Assembly: GCA_013265495.1 (NCBI GenBank)
Contig: MU058198.1
Coordinates: forward strand, 1,686,419-1,750,418
Direction of reading: 5' to 3'
Length of the DNA: 64,000 nt
Source: Vicugna vicugna
Taxonomy: Eukaryota
The notes beneath the pieces are model-generated. The model did not search any database. It was not told the origin of the DNA and was given only the letters and a program-made list of their open reading frames with translations. Positions 37,662 to 49,820 of this stretch are shown one piece after another (positions within the stretch are counted from its first letter, which is position 1; each line of letters starts with the position of its first letter). The position numbers and the translations under genes are program-made.

Positions 37662-38272
37662 CCGGAAAGGACCTTACGGTCCCAAGCGTGCCGTTTAACA
37701 TTCTGGCACTGACAGATGTGGTTAGTTGTCCCAAGGGCATGGTCTCTTGCAGGTTGTTAGCTAGGGATTTAAGAGAGCTTAATGACAAGTTCGAGGCCTA
37801 CAATTATGACTATTGGGGGTGAGGATATGGGACAACAATAACATCAACAATAAAGGCTTAAGTTTGGTAGTAACAAGACATGTCTTTGAAACTCTAAGTC
37901 TCACTTTTAGAAATATACCCTGACGTCCTTGAATCGTAGGCCAAGATTTAAGGTTTCCATCGTGGCGTTAGTGACAAAACTGGAAGTAACGCAGATGGAA
38001 TTCTTTCTAGTTATTAACAGTGAGAGGTCTCTTTGCAGATATAAGATGGCTAAAACAAATAGTTACGGACGAGTAGGTACAATATATGATCCCACTCGTG
38101 GGGAGGGGAGACTTGGGGAAGGGTACACAAGAGACTTAACAGAGCCTACTGCTGGGAAGAGACTATTATTCCCTTCTTGTTTCTCATGAGCATGTACTAT
38201 CTATGCACAATTAAATTTGACAGAAACCCAAGAAGCTGAGTCCAAGAAGTACCCAAGGCTTTAAATCCATAC

Positions 38273-38353
38273 CTCTGAGTGAAGAGCCGTCTAACAGGAG
38301 GATGGGGCCCGGGAGACTGACTATCATTTTCTCTTCCTCAGTGGCCCCTGTGG
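38273..38353 (-). CDS. ZP2: ZP2 exon 17 ([27 protein letters not shown]), external hydrophobic patch
   Basis: ctccag / gtatgg. Confidence 0.95.
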
Positions 38354-38794
38354 CTGGAGACAGACAGTTTGACCTCTGAGATAATGGACAGTGGTAAGAA
38401 GTGTGCTGATGGAATACACAGAGCAGCTCTCTGCGGAGGCCATGCTCTGTATAGTTTTGCCTGCCTTTGCAGAAGAGGCAAATGCCTTACTGTAAAAGCA
38501 GGAGGAACTGTGAAAGAATATCCAAAGACAGAATTTAGAGTCTGCTTAGACTCGGGAAGAGTGACTTGAGAGTCAGGTCTGCAGAGGGTCAGGCTGAAAC
38601 CCACGTGCAAAAACAAACTTGTCCACAGGACTGATTGAGAACCTGTCCATCTCAGGCTCACAGGTAATGCAGACTGAGTTAAGGTTTCTTGGACTCTTGG
38701 GACTAGGTAAAGAGTGAGGTGCTCATTCTTAAGTTCTCAAAGACTGAGGCTTGCTTTAAGCACACTCATGTTAAGGAGGACTTGAAACTTTTAC

Positions 38795-38891
38795 CTCGTT
38801 TGCTTCTAGACGACACAAGGCAATTCACAGAACACAGAGGGGGTTCGGGAGAGAGTCGATTGCAGATTAAGGCACTGCAATGGAAGTAGAC
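38795..38891 (-). CDS. ZP2: ZP2 exon 16 (VYFHCSALICNRL...SSRSKR), furin site
   Basis: ctccag / gtaaaa. Confidence 0.96.
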
Positions 38892-38968
38892 CTGGAGATG
38901 GGAGAAGAATTGAGTGGAATCGATGCTCTCACATTCGACGTGACCCAGGCGACTCGTTAATCACTTAC

Positions 38969-39104
38969 CAAGTGAGGGAACTCCTGGGCCCCTGACACAA
39001 AGGCAAAGGTCTTCACGTCAAACCTCTGATAGTGACTAGGATAGGCCACGGAGGAGCCAACTGGATGGAAGGTGGTCCTGTGGTTGTCCAGGTTGTATTC
39101 ACAG
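38969..39104 (-). CDS. ZP2: ZP2 exon 15 ([15 protein letters not shown]...[20 protein letters not shown])
   Basis: tttcag / gtaagt. Confidence 0.96.
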
Positions 39105-40391
39105 CTGAAAGGCACATTTCAGGGAAGGACATCAGCTACATTCACCCCACGGTCTAACACAATGTTTGCTCAAGTTCAGTTACACATAAAACCTTCAGGA
39201 ATATTGCTGTACCTTCTACCTGTACATTTTATTTTATTGAATATACCTCTGATCTGGCCTATCCAACATATCCATGAAGTCATGTTGTTCATGCTAGTCT
39301 TTCTTTTATGTGTTAATACAATTTAAGTATCGATTTTTTTTTGCCAGCTAAACTCATCAAGAATTAAGTTTTATGTGTAGCTCTTCAGATGACACTGGTT
39401 TAACTCTTATTAATCTGAGTGTCTATTATATCCCAGGCAGTTAGTATATGTTGGTAACAAAAAAAAGGTAGAGATGTGCCCTTTTATATCTTAGATGCTA
39501 GCAGAGGGTGGTAGCTGCAAAGTAGTATGTTAGGTTGTATGTAAGCACTTAGGAAAGAAGAGTTAGACCAAGGTAAGGGGGCAGGAGGGTCAAGGTAGCT
39601 TCAAAAAGAAGGGGACACTTGCTCTACAGTGGAATTTGACACAACATTGTAAAATGATTATAAATCAATAAAAAAAACGTTAAAAAAAAGAGAAGGGGAT
39701 ATTTGAGTAAAATTTTAATGGACTGAAGGAATGAGCTGCATGAATGTGCTGGCTACACACGGTCCTGTGTACCTGGCAGGAGTGTACCTGGAGATTACAA
39801 GCTTAGCAGGTTACAACAGCTTCATTTTTACAACAGCTTTAAAGACAACTAAGTACAGTGCTACCCAGGTACAGACCCCTGCAGGTGCTGGTCCTCTCCA
39901 CTTTGCCAGCACACGAGTGGGTGTTGTCACAACTTCAGAGCATCATGGTGTTCGGGTCTAGAATCAGATGGGCATTCAAATCCTACGATTTATTAAATAT
40001 TACTTTGGGCTAGTTATTTAAGCAGCAAGCTTGGGTTTCTTCATGAAGTGAAATGACCTGTGTCTCTTATGGAGTGAGGTTCAAATGCACGTGGAGGACA
40101 TAGCACAATGCTTGTCACAGGGTAGGTATTCAGTAAATGTATAGGAACTAGGTATTTATTTTCTCTCCAGATAATAGAGGATTAAAGCCAGATTTCCTTG
40201 GGAAGGATCCTATTCTTTTAGATTCAAGGATAATAGGAAAGCATAAATTAGATCAAAGACTGTTTGCTAAGAAACAAGGATAAAAATCAGGGCCTTTGAT
40301 ATAGCACTTCTCTCAAGCCCAAATGCATTTTAATTCTCTTTACTGGCAGTCTGAGTGATCAGCTGGTCTACTTTGTGTCGAGAGTACATAC

Positions 40392-40581
40392 CCATCCACT
40401 ACAATATTCCACTGGGGGAGAGAGGCTGGATCCACGGTGGGCGTTGCCCAGCAGTCATCTAAGACCAGCTTGATGTTGGGGTCCGTCCTGTTTAAGACTC
40501 TCACTTCTAGGTAAATCGGTTGGCGGAGGTATCTCACCAGAGGGTACTCCTTGTCCCCATAGGGCTGCAGGTAGGAGTTAT
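40392..40581 (-). CDS. ZP2: ZP2 exon 14 ([27 protein letters not shown]...PQWNIVVDG)
   Basis: tttcag / gtatgt; ORF 40340..40537. Confidence 0.97.
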
Positions 40582-40686
40582 CTGAAATGGAGTAGAAGCC
40601 TCTCCAGTTCTCAGGTAGTTGATGGCCACTACAGGCGCTTGAGCATTACTAATGCTCTCATCTGGTGGCATCAGAAAGTTCATTTT

Positions 40687-41435
40687 GCAGACTTACCCTA
40701 TGATCCAGCAATCCCACTCCTGGGCATGGATCTGGAGGAAAGTCTAATTCGAAAAGATGCATATACCCTGATGTTCACAGCAACATTATTTACAATAACT
40801 AAGGCATGAAAGCAAGCTAAATGTCCATTGACAGATGATTTGATAAAGAAGATGTGGTGTGTATGTGTGTGTATATATATGTGTGTGTGTATACACACAG
40901 ACACAATGGAATACGACTCAGCCAAAAAATGCATAAAATACTATTTGCAGCAGCATGGATGGACCTGGAGATTGTCATACTATGTGAAGTAAGCCAGAAA
41001 GAGAAAGAAAAATACTATATGATATGACTTATATGTGGAATCTAAAAAACTGACACAAATGAACTTATTTAGAAAAGAGAAACAGACTTGCGTACATAGA
41101 AAACAAACTTATGGTTACCAGGGAGGGAAAGGGGGGTAGAGGGATAAATTGGGAGTTTGGGATTTGCAGACACTACTATGTATAAAATTAATAAACAACA
41201 AGGTCCTACTGTGTGGCACAGGGAACTATATTCAATACCTTGTAATACCCTATAATGAAAAAGAATATGAAAAGGAATATATATATATATATTCAGATAT
41301 AGAGAGATACATTCAGATAGAGAGATAGAGATACATTCAGATAGAGAGATACATTCAGATATAGATATATAAATATATGAATCACTATACTGTACACCAG
41401 AAATTAACACATTGTAAACAGACTACAACAATAAA
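40687..41435 (+). mobile_element. 5'-truncated L1 in ZP2 intron 13 (antisense to ZP2)
   Basis: End of ORF2 (CCCTATGATCCAGCAATCCCACTCCTGGG) plus 3'UTR and A-tail; TSD AAAGTTCATTTT (40675-40686, 41436-41447). Confidence 0.88.
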
Positions 41436-41502
41436 AAAGTTCATTTTAGGGAAGAGTTTCCTGAAAGTATTTAAGCAGATGTTTTAGGTTATAAAGTCTC
41501 AC

Positions 41503-41627
41503 CTGGGTAGGTCTGCAGGGTCAAGGCAAGTGGACCTGGCTTCACTGAGGCCACTGGAGGAGGAAGACTTTCAACACTGCTACTTATTAGCATGTTACTG
41601 CTGCTGTAATGGCATCTCACTGTCATT
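41503..41627 (-). CDS. ZP2: ZP2 exon 13 ([13 protein letters not shown]...[12 protein letters not shown])
   Basis: ttacag / gtgaga. Confidence 0.96.
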
Positions 41628-41724
41628 CTGTAAGAATGGGTGGGTGAGTGTTAAGAATTTTAGGTTAAAAGACTGCTTGAGTTTAAACGGGAGCTTAAAA
41701 AGTCAAGTAGTGATTGTGTCACAC

Positions 41725-41816
41725 CTGAATTCACTGTCTCTGGAAATTGTGCTTGGAGGAAGATCCACCCAGAGAGCATGTATCTCATTTTTATAGACGA
41801 CTTTGTCATTCTTGAA
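41725..41816 (-). CDS. ZP2: ZP2 exon 12 ([31 protein letters not shown])
   Basis: tttaag / gtgtga. Confidence 0.95.
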
Positions 41817-41907
41817 CTTAAAATTAGAGCAAGGTTAGAGAGAGTGGTTAATCAGTTATCTCAAAAGTAAGTCTTAACTCCTTGCTTAACCCCTTGCTGC
41901 TACTAAC

Positions 41908-42095
41908 CTTACGTCTTGTTCCACATCCATTCAGGGGTATGCGAAAGCGTACCAGCCCCTGAGATGGAGCTTTGAAGGTTGGCTGGCAGGAGGAGTCTCC
42001 TACCCTGAGGGTATCCAAGTTGAGAGCTGGTTTTGTCTGGTGGCTGTAGACCTCCACGTCCATAAACCCATCCTGAGTACACAGCTCACCTGAAA
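41908..42095 (-). CDS. ZP2: ZP2 exon 11 ([16 protein letters not shown]...[11 protein letters not shown]), start of ZP module
   Basis: atctag / gttagt; ORF 41848..42063. Confidence 0.95.
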
Positions 42096-42215
42096 CTAGA
42101 TAGGGGCGAGAGTTTTTAAAACAATTTGTCTGCCATGAGACTATCGTCCTCTACCAACCTTGAAGTGTGATGAAAGTCTGGATTTTTACCATGAGACACT
42201 AGAATGTGTCATAAG

Positions 42216-42328
42216 TCTTCATTTGGGAAAAACACTTTGATAAGCAGCTTAAATCTTCATTTGGGAAAAACACTTTGATAAGCAGCTTAAATCTTTGTTT
42301 GGGAAAACACCGTGATAAGCAGCTTGAG
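42216..42328. repeat. 38-bp tandem repeat x~3 in ZP2 intron 10
   Basis: Unit TCTTCATTTGGGAAAAACACTTTGATAAGCAGCTTAAA; two perfect copies, third diverged. Confidence 0.92.
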
Positions 42329-42987
42329 TTACAAGGGGAGACACTTGAAGGTGCCTAGGCACCAGTGAGGTGGCTCTGTATGAACAGAAGGATTTTTCAT
42401 CCAAGTGAAGAGGGAGCAGGAAACGTGGGAAGAAGCACCGGGTTGGGTAACAGACCCACGATAATACCCTGATGAGGCTGTAAGTCTAAGCACCTTGTGC
42501 CATTATGTCCCTTCCTTCAAGACTCACAAATTTTGAGTGGTTTGAGAGGGAAGCTGAAGCAGCAACTAATTTGTCCTATTTGGCTTGACTTGATACAGGT
42601 CAGCGACTCCCAAGAGCACAGGGGCAGAGGCAGTACTGAACAAGAGGAAACACCCACTTCCATATTCTTTGAAAAATTTTCAGGAGTTTGGGGAAAAACT
42701 TGTGGTCTCTCTAGTCTCAGGTATAAGGCAATCTTGATTAGATGATGGCCTTGGGCTCCCAACATGCAGTAGACCCAGGTTACTAAACATGAAACTGTTG
42801 TGAGACCTACCTGTATGTATATTTTAGAACTAGTATCTTCCTTAGATCTCTTAGACTAATATTTTCTGATCCAACCAGTCTTTCGTTTCCTCCAAGTATA
42901 AGCAGTACAGAGTCCGAACTTCTACAAGTTCGGCAAGAGCTGAGGGAAGAAGGATGTAGGGAACCATTCAAGAAAAGTGGTCTTTAC

Positions 42988-43114
42988 CTATAGAAACTGT
43001 TGGTTCACAGGGACACTCAGGGTAAATCACCATGGATACAGTCTCCAGTTGAATGTGAAAGGTCAGCTTGAGTGAAGGTAAGTAGAACTGATAGGGTAGG
43101 CACTTTTCAGGGAA
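42988..43114 (-). CDS. ZP2: ZP2 exon 10 ([19 protein letters not shown]...[11 protein letters not shown])
   Basis: tttcag / gtaaag; ORF 42968..43207. Confidence 0.96.
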
Positions 43115-43879
43115 CTGAAATGAAAGAATGTCAGTTAGCAGCCACAGCCAGTTGGGACCCAGAACACTCACAAGAGAGGCAGGAAGGAAATACATTGAAA
43201 CCTGCAAGGCACACTCCAGACTTAATATGGTCTCCCTTTAAGTCAGAACAAGAGACCCTATCACTTCTCCAGACCAGGATCCTTCTTCTCTTGGCAGGAA
43301 ATTTATTGCTTTAAACTCATGCCCTCAAGGACCCAACACTGTATGTTCTTTGTACTAGGCACTAGAGGTTGAATTAACAGATCAAATTCCAAAGACCGAA
43401 TACCTTGCCAAGCCAGGAGTGAAAAGAACTCTACAAGTGTTATTGCAAAGCACACACCAACTTAAGATTATTCTCTGGTATCCCTGACAATGCTCTGGTG
43501 TCCCTGGCAATTGTACCAGTTGAGACCAGCCTCAATGAGGACAGTTGGGGGCACCTGTTTGAATCAAGCTGCCCTGTGTTAATAGGGCATAAGACGTTCA
43601 TCATTATTCGGTAGAAGTTTGTACTGTCTAATGAATTAAGAAACTCAGGAAAACTAGGAAGAATTCCATTACAGTTAAACAGGCTTGGTGTTCGAGAATG
43701 AATTTCAGTTACTTGAGAATTCACTTACGCAAGGTTTTCAAATGAGGCCTTCCTAATCTTGAATATTTTACACCAGCAGTTAGACTTTATGGACAAGTCA
43801 GCATTTATATCAGGGTGGCCTGAAAAGCTATGCTTCAGTCATGCTTCCATGAAGTTCAGTGAATGATAATGGAACATAC

Positions 43880-44061
43880 TTTTGTTTTGAGAAGAGTTTT
43901 GCTGAAATGCAACCGCAAGCCATTTGTTGTTTCTGCATCAATCCCATTGTGGTGCAGCTGGCTCACATCAATAGTCCTATTTTCAAAGCTCACAGATTTT
44001 AACTTCCCAGGAAACTCTGGTATGGTGAGAGTCATGTGTGTGGCGTTACAGGTTACAGGAT
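43880..44061 (-). CDS. ZP2: ZP2 exon 9 ([24 protein letters not shown]...FSKTLLKTK)
   Basis: ttctag / gtatgt. Confidence 0.96.
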
Positions 44062-44149
44062 CTAGAAGGAATGAGAGAGGGATCAGCTTTGATTAAGCCC
44101 CTAGGAAAATGTCTCCCATACCTGGAGTTGCCCCTTCCTAGGCCCTTAC

Positions 44150-44246
44150 CTGACATACAAATGATTCTTGATGATAAGATGATCGTCTGCCCAGGAGATA
44201 CATGCGTGAGCTTCAGGGGTACCATGTAGAGATGACTGTTACCTTG
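44150..44246 (-). CDS. ZP2: ZP2 exon 8 ([32 protein letters not shown])
   Basis: cctcag / gtaagg. Confidence 0.96.
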
Positions 44247-44500
44247 CTGAGGAGAGGTGTTTTCAAAGACATTGGTTGATCTGAATGACTTTAATTTGTA
44301 ACCAATGTTAGAATAATCAGGGTAAACATACTCAACTACTGGGCATTGTTTTGGCTCAAGTAGAATTTAGGCATTTTGTCCAATAATTGTTCAACAGGTG
44401 CTCTAGTTTTAAAATTTTGTACTTTATAATATCTGATAAGGTAGTGCCTACTGTAGCTGATCATTTCTAGGGAGATATGAGCTCTTGTTTTATGACTATT

Positions 44501-44578
44501 TTATGGTATCAGCATTCACTTTATGGTATCAGCATTCACTTTATGGTATCAGCATTCACTTTATGGTATCAGCATTCA
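44501..44578. repeat. 20-bp perfect tandem repeat x3.9 in ZP2 intron 7
   Basis: Unit TTATGGTATCAGCATTCACT. Confidence 0.95.
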
Positions 44579-45060
44579 GAGAGAATGTTTAAGATTCAGC
44601 AGTCTGTTTATACTCAGTGCACAGCAGGACTGTTAGAATGGCTGACATTTGAGCACGTAGGTACCAAGACCTGTTCTAAGTACTTTGGCACATTAACTCA
44701 TTTAACATAGTACCTTGATTGTTGGCCCAAAGAGCACCAGTACCTACTGTAAACACAGCAGAGGACAATGATAAAACAGAAAATCTTAATTTATAAAGGA
44801 ATTTTGTAGTACCCTAGTTCTACAGTGTGTAGTAAAGTTAGATCTCTGGGGAAGAGGGAGAACAGATTGAAGTAAGGACCACATCTGTTTTGTTCTCATT
44901 GTTGTCTTTAGTACTCAGACAGTACTTGGTGCATAGTAGGCACTGAGATAACTGTTGAGTGAGTTGTATTCTTAATTTGAGGACATGTTTGAGATCATGC
45001 TTGGATTTAGAAATTTTGACCTGTGCCTGAGTGGTGGTATTAAAAAAGGTTCACACCCAC

Positions 45061-45225
45061 CGAGTAGTGAGTCACTCCAGTGGCATGGAATGACACTTGG
45101 ACGTTCATCTTCTGGTTACCAATCAGGAGATTATATCCTTGCATCATGGCCTCTTGAAAGGTCAGAGTTTGGGCTCTTTCACCATCACCAACTGTAATGG
45201 TCCATCCCATCCGAGGTTTGGATTC
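45061..45225 (-). CDS. ZP2: ZP2 exon 7 ([19 protein letters not shown]...ATGVTHYS)
   Basis: ctttag / gtgggt; homologous peptide. Confidence 0.95.
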
Positions 45226-45376
45226 CTAAAGTCAAAAGCTTCATTTAGAGGGATGATGTTCCCCTCGACTCCAGGACTATTGTCTATTTAATATTTTAAT
45301 GAGGATTGAAGTTATATCACCTTTAATGTAGAACTAAAGTTTACTTAGGCTTGTAATTTAAAAATAACTTCCATAC

Positions 45377-45430
45377 CGTTCTTGCAGCTGCATTTTCATC
45401 AGCCATGCCAGGAAAAAAGTGAAAGGTAAA
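45377..45430 (-). CDS. ZP2: ZP2 exon 6 (FTFHFFPGMADENAAART), contains the A|DE ovastacin cleavage motif
   Basis: ttccag / gtatgg; phase 0-0. Confidence 0.88.
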
Positions 45431-45639
45431 CTGGAAGACAAAAAGATGATGTGAGGTTTTTGATTTGGAGAAGGTTGCTGAAGTCATGTTACCTGACAGT
45501 ATGTGGAAAACACCCAGAGCAACTGCTGCATGGTTCTGTTACACTGCAAAGCCTGGCTGTTGGATGTCTTAGAAGCATGGGATCAGGCATGAATCCTAGC
45601 AGTGCCCTTAGACATCATTTCCTCTTTGAGCTTTTGATA

Positions 45640-46195
45640 CCAAAAGGCAATTGGTGGGAATACACCACTAACATCAATGGACAGATCTCCCAGACAGAAA
45701 AAAAATTGATAAGGCAACAGAGATCCTAAATGGTACTATAGAACAGTTAGACTTAAATTGATATTTTCAGGACATTATATCCAAAAAAACAGTACACATC
45801 CTTCAAGTGTACATGGAACATTCCCTAAGATAGGCCACATACTCTGACACAAAACAAGCCTCAACAAATTTAAGAGGATACAAATTATTTCAAGCAAGTT
45901 TTCTGGTCATAACAGCGTGAAACTAGAAATCAATCACAGAAAGAAAAAAATTGCATGGAGACTAAACAACATACTACTAAAAAACCAATGGGTCAATGAT
46001 GAAATAAAAGAGACAATTAAAAACCCCCCTGAGACAAATGACAATGAAAACAACCACACAAAATCTGAAATGGAGCAAAAACAGCCTAGGAGGGAAGTTC
46101 ACAGCAGTACAGGCCTTCTTCAAAAAACAAGAAAAATTTCAAATAAACAAGCTTACCTACCACCTAAAAGAACTAGAAAAAGAACAAACAAAAGA
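45640..46195 (+). mobile_element. L1 ORF2 (endonuclease-adjacent) fragment in ZP2 intron 5
   Basis: ORF 45917..46234 KLEINHRKK..WRLNNILLKNQWVNDEIKE is L1 ORF2-like. Confidence 0.85.
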
Positions 46196-46755
46196 CAGTT
46201 GGAAGACCTAAGCTCCCTTCCAGTTGTAAGTTGAGATACTAGATTCTTTAATTTACAGCTTTTCACTATGTTCATAGAAATCAAGTACTATGTCGAGCCA
46301 TGCAGTTCCGTTATTGTTATAATAAAGTATGAATATTTTTATTCATTGTTGATGTTAGCCATGTTAGACTATAAAGTCCATGGGCTTTTTTGCTCATATA
46401 CTCTATCCTAGCATCTGGCATAGGGCCTGGCGCATGACAGGTATCCAACTGGTCAAGCGACTGATTGCAGACACCAGTTGAATCCTTTTTATTGCTAGAC
46501 ATGATGTGCTGAGCACTGTTATCTACTTTCTCAGTCAATTCTTAAAGCCATTCTATGAAGTGTGAATTGTCCCCCACTTCAGATTTGGAAACAAATTCTC
46601 AATATTGTTCAGAAACCAATCAATCCAAAGCCACACAGCAAGTCAGTGGTGAATACAGGATTGCAATCCTGATCCTGTTCTGAAGCCCAGCTCTGTCTAG
46701 ACCACATTTCCCCTGCAGTAGCCAGATGAGAAGGCAGTCAGCCTGCTTCACTCAC

Positions 46756-46908
46756 AGACATGAAATCCTTCGTGCAGACAGTGGATCCTGAATGCTGCTC
46801 ATGGCTGTTTGCTTGCATCACTGGACAGCTGACCTGATACGTGAGACCGTCTTGTCTTAAAACAGCAGTGTTGTCCGTGAGTTTGATGGTCATCTGGTGC
46901 TGGCCAAG
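46756..46908 (-). CDS. ZP2: ZP2 exon 5 (LGQHQMTIKL...TVCTKDFMS)
   Basis: ctacag / gtgagt; ORF 46738..47034. Confidence 0.96.
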
Positions 46909-48067
46909 CTGTAGAAAATGGTATGGTAAGAACAGAATGCTAGTGCTTAAGTGAGAAAGGGAATTCCAGAATACCATCCGACTGACAAAACCCTTAAAGT
47001 TTATCAGTACCCCAGGTTCTAGAATATACCTCATTTCTTTACCAGGAGACTCTCTAGCTAGCCTCTTTAGATATCCAGGAAAGACGCATGCATTGGCAAA
47101 GAACAGTTCTTGAGTGTTAGAGCTCAGGGTCCAGTTTTTATTTTCTTCTTACGTTGATGTCTGAGTAGCAAGTTACTGGTTGATTTGGGGCCTCTACCAA
47201 AAGATTCAAATACACTTATTGAGCACCTATGTAGCAACCATTGTGCTGGGTCTGGACAGAGCCATTTTGCTATTTCTCCTGGCTCAGGAAACTCACCAGC
47301 CTAAAGTAGGGGTTAGCCAACCTTTTTGTTGTTGTTAAATGCTAATATTTAGACTTTGTAAGCCACATACTATTTCTCACACGTTTTAAAAACGCTAACA
47401 AAAACCATTCTTAGCTGGAGGACCATCACACACACAGACCATGGGCTGGATATGGCCATTCACAGATTGTAGTTTACTGACCTCTTATCTAAAGGAATGC
47501 ATCTTTAAGCTTCCCTGAAGTTGGGAAGGGCTGTTTTAGAGGGGAACGTTTTAATTGCTGGAGATCTTCACTATAGAATAAGATGAAGTAGCCTATTAAG
47601 GCAGACAGACTTCTAGGACACATCCCAGACCTATTAAGTCATCAACTCAATGAACTAATTCAGTGCTTTAAGTTCCCTAAGTGATTGTTTGCACACAAAA
47701 GTTTGAGAACTACTTAGATTGCTTTTATTGGGCAGTACTGTTGCTTGACAAGAGGAAATCCTCCTGTTCAGCTGCTGCGTGCCTTCCAACACACATTTTT
47801 ACAGCAGAGAGTTACCAGCATTCTATCTGCCGGCACCAAAAGAGCTTCCTCTTTCCCATGCGGGTCACAGATCAGGATAAATCACGTTTGATTATTTATT
47901 GTGCCCAGGTGCTATGCCAAGACCTTCATCTGTATTGTGTCATTAATCATTAAATACCTTACGGAGAGGCTATCAAAATCCATTTTCCATTGGGCAAGGA
48001 GAAGCTAACTTGCCCAAGATCACACCTAGATAGTGTCAGAGTCAGAGAGCAAGACCGAGGCCTCCAC

Positions 48068-48305
48068 TCCAGGGTTTCTCAGCCTCAGCACTGGCACGTT
48101 AGGTCTAAAATGTCTTTTATGGGAGGCTGCTGTGTGCCAAGGAGGCTACTTAGCAAGATCCTTGGCTTGTACCCACGAGATGCCAGTAGCTGCCCTTCCC
48201 CTCTTCTCCCCCCCAGCTGTGAAAACCAAGACTGTCTCCAATTATTGCGAGATATTCTCTGGGATGATAAACAAACAAACAAAACCTCCCTGATTGAGAG
48301 CCTCT
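48068..48305 (-). mobile_element. MER20-like element in ZP2 intron 4
   Basis: TTTCTCAGCCTCAGCACT...TAGCA..ATCCTTGGC.TGTACCCAC.AGATGCCAG. Confidence 0.6.
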
Positions 48306-48371
48306 GCTCTATCCCAAAGCCTTAACTCCTAGATTACTACTTCCCACGTCACTCCTCAAACAGTTACTTAC

Positions 48372-48466
48372 CACTCTTTTGGTACACGTTTCATATGGGG
48401 CCTCCAGGGTAAGCTTTTCTGGGTCCAGAACATAAGTACAGTTCAGCATTTCAAGACCAAGGGGAT
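48372..48466 (-). CDS. ZP2: ZP2 exon 4 ([32 protein letters not shown])
   Basis: ctgtag / gtaagt; homologous peptide. Confidence 0.96.
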
Positions 48467-48885
48467 CTACAGAAGTGAGAGCAGTTTAGACAGGAGATGG
48501 CCAGTAAGTACATTCCAGTGACACTGAGTCAACCAAAGCTACATAGCCAAGACTGCCAATCCATTTCTAAGGTCTGTCAGTCACTTCACTTTTTATTTTC
48601 CCAGCTGGGTGATATAACCCCAGCTCTGACAGATGCTGTGATTTGAAGATAGAAGTTTCCTAGGGGATTCTGAGATAAGACAGATTTCCAAGGAAAGATT
48701 TCCAAGGAAAGAGAAGGTCTTCCACTCTTGGAAGCATCACGGAATTCAGTGAGCCTGTGTATCATGGGATTTGGATACCAACGGCTCCAGAGTTTGTGTG
48801 CTCTGCTCCCCAGAAAAGTGGAGCCAGCCTTGAGCCAAGGCTTTCTACTAAGTAAGACCAAGATGAAATATTAGACGTTACTCAC

Positions 48886-48969
48886 CCACCACAGATGTGT
48901 GCCATGTCTTGTTGGCAAGAATGCTTGGAAACTCCACTGTCATTCTATTTTCATGGCAAATGACAGTGC
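48886..48969 (-). CDS. ZP2: ZP2 exon 3 (GTVICHENRMTVEFPSILANKTWHTSVV)
   Basis: tttcag / gtgagt; homologous peptide. Confidence 0.96.
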
Positions 48970-49820
48970 CTGAAAGAGCAAAAGAAGCACGTGGGGCATC
49001 TTTGAACAACAGGAGGCATGACTCCCATGGAAGTATAACAAGGGACCTCGCCTCTCCAACAGGCATCAGGGAAGATGCCAGTTGGGAGAGGCAAAGCTTG
49101 TCCCCCACTCCTGGGGAGCTTCAAAATTGGTAGAAAAGACAAAACTACAATGCAAGATACCAAGAACTGCAAGGAAGTTATCAATTAAGTGCCTAGGGCT
49201 TTCTAAAATACTCCAGGGATAAGCCTGGATTGGGGTTAACAAGCGCGCATGCAGGAACCAGGCTGGAACCTTGTCAGGGAAGGCTGATGGAGATGGGGAT
49301 GGTAGGTCTGTGAAGAAATGGAGAAAAGTTTTGGCTAAAGATTTTTTTCAATTTGAAGTTTAAAAAGTGTCCCCAGGTAAGCCTAAGGACACTCTTTTTT
49401 AAAGACTAAACAATCTGTTTATAACCTGCCGCTGTGCATCCTTTGGTTCAGGTGAAAGGATCAAAAAACTCGTTGCAAGTGGAACAGCTCTGATTTTGTC
49501 TGTTCCACTGACGCTTTCCTGAAGCATGAGTATGTGTTTGAAGAGGAATGCTACTGGAGATGGGGGCTTAGTGTTGTGGTTTGCTGTTCTGTAGATGCCA
49601 TAAAGCTTGAGGCAGGGAGGGAGTAGAAAGTAATGCAGATGCTTTTGCAAGCTATTTCATTTACTTGGTAGAGCAAGTGATAGGCAAGCAATGGAAAAAA
49701 AACCTAGGGATTTGATCAAGGTAAGAGGGGGAATGAGTGAAGATTGTCTAACCCATGTTTGTGTTTCTTGGCCATTTAGTCATCCTAGCTGCAATCTGTT
49801 CCCTTACCCAAGAGGCCTAC

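Noticed and set aside
41725..41820. ZP2 inactivation suggested by an AAG acceptor, YKNE for YENE, and a one-codon loss in exon 17
   Set aside because: All are frame-preserving and the full 717-aa CDS is intact, with the furin site and TM retained
44501..44578. CRISPR-like repeat array
   Set aside because: Head-to-tail repeats without spacers in a mammalian intron
45917..46234. 105-aa ORF inside ZP2 intron 5
   Set aside because: Frameshifted L1 ORF2 fragment
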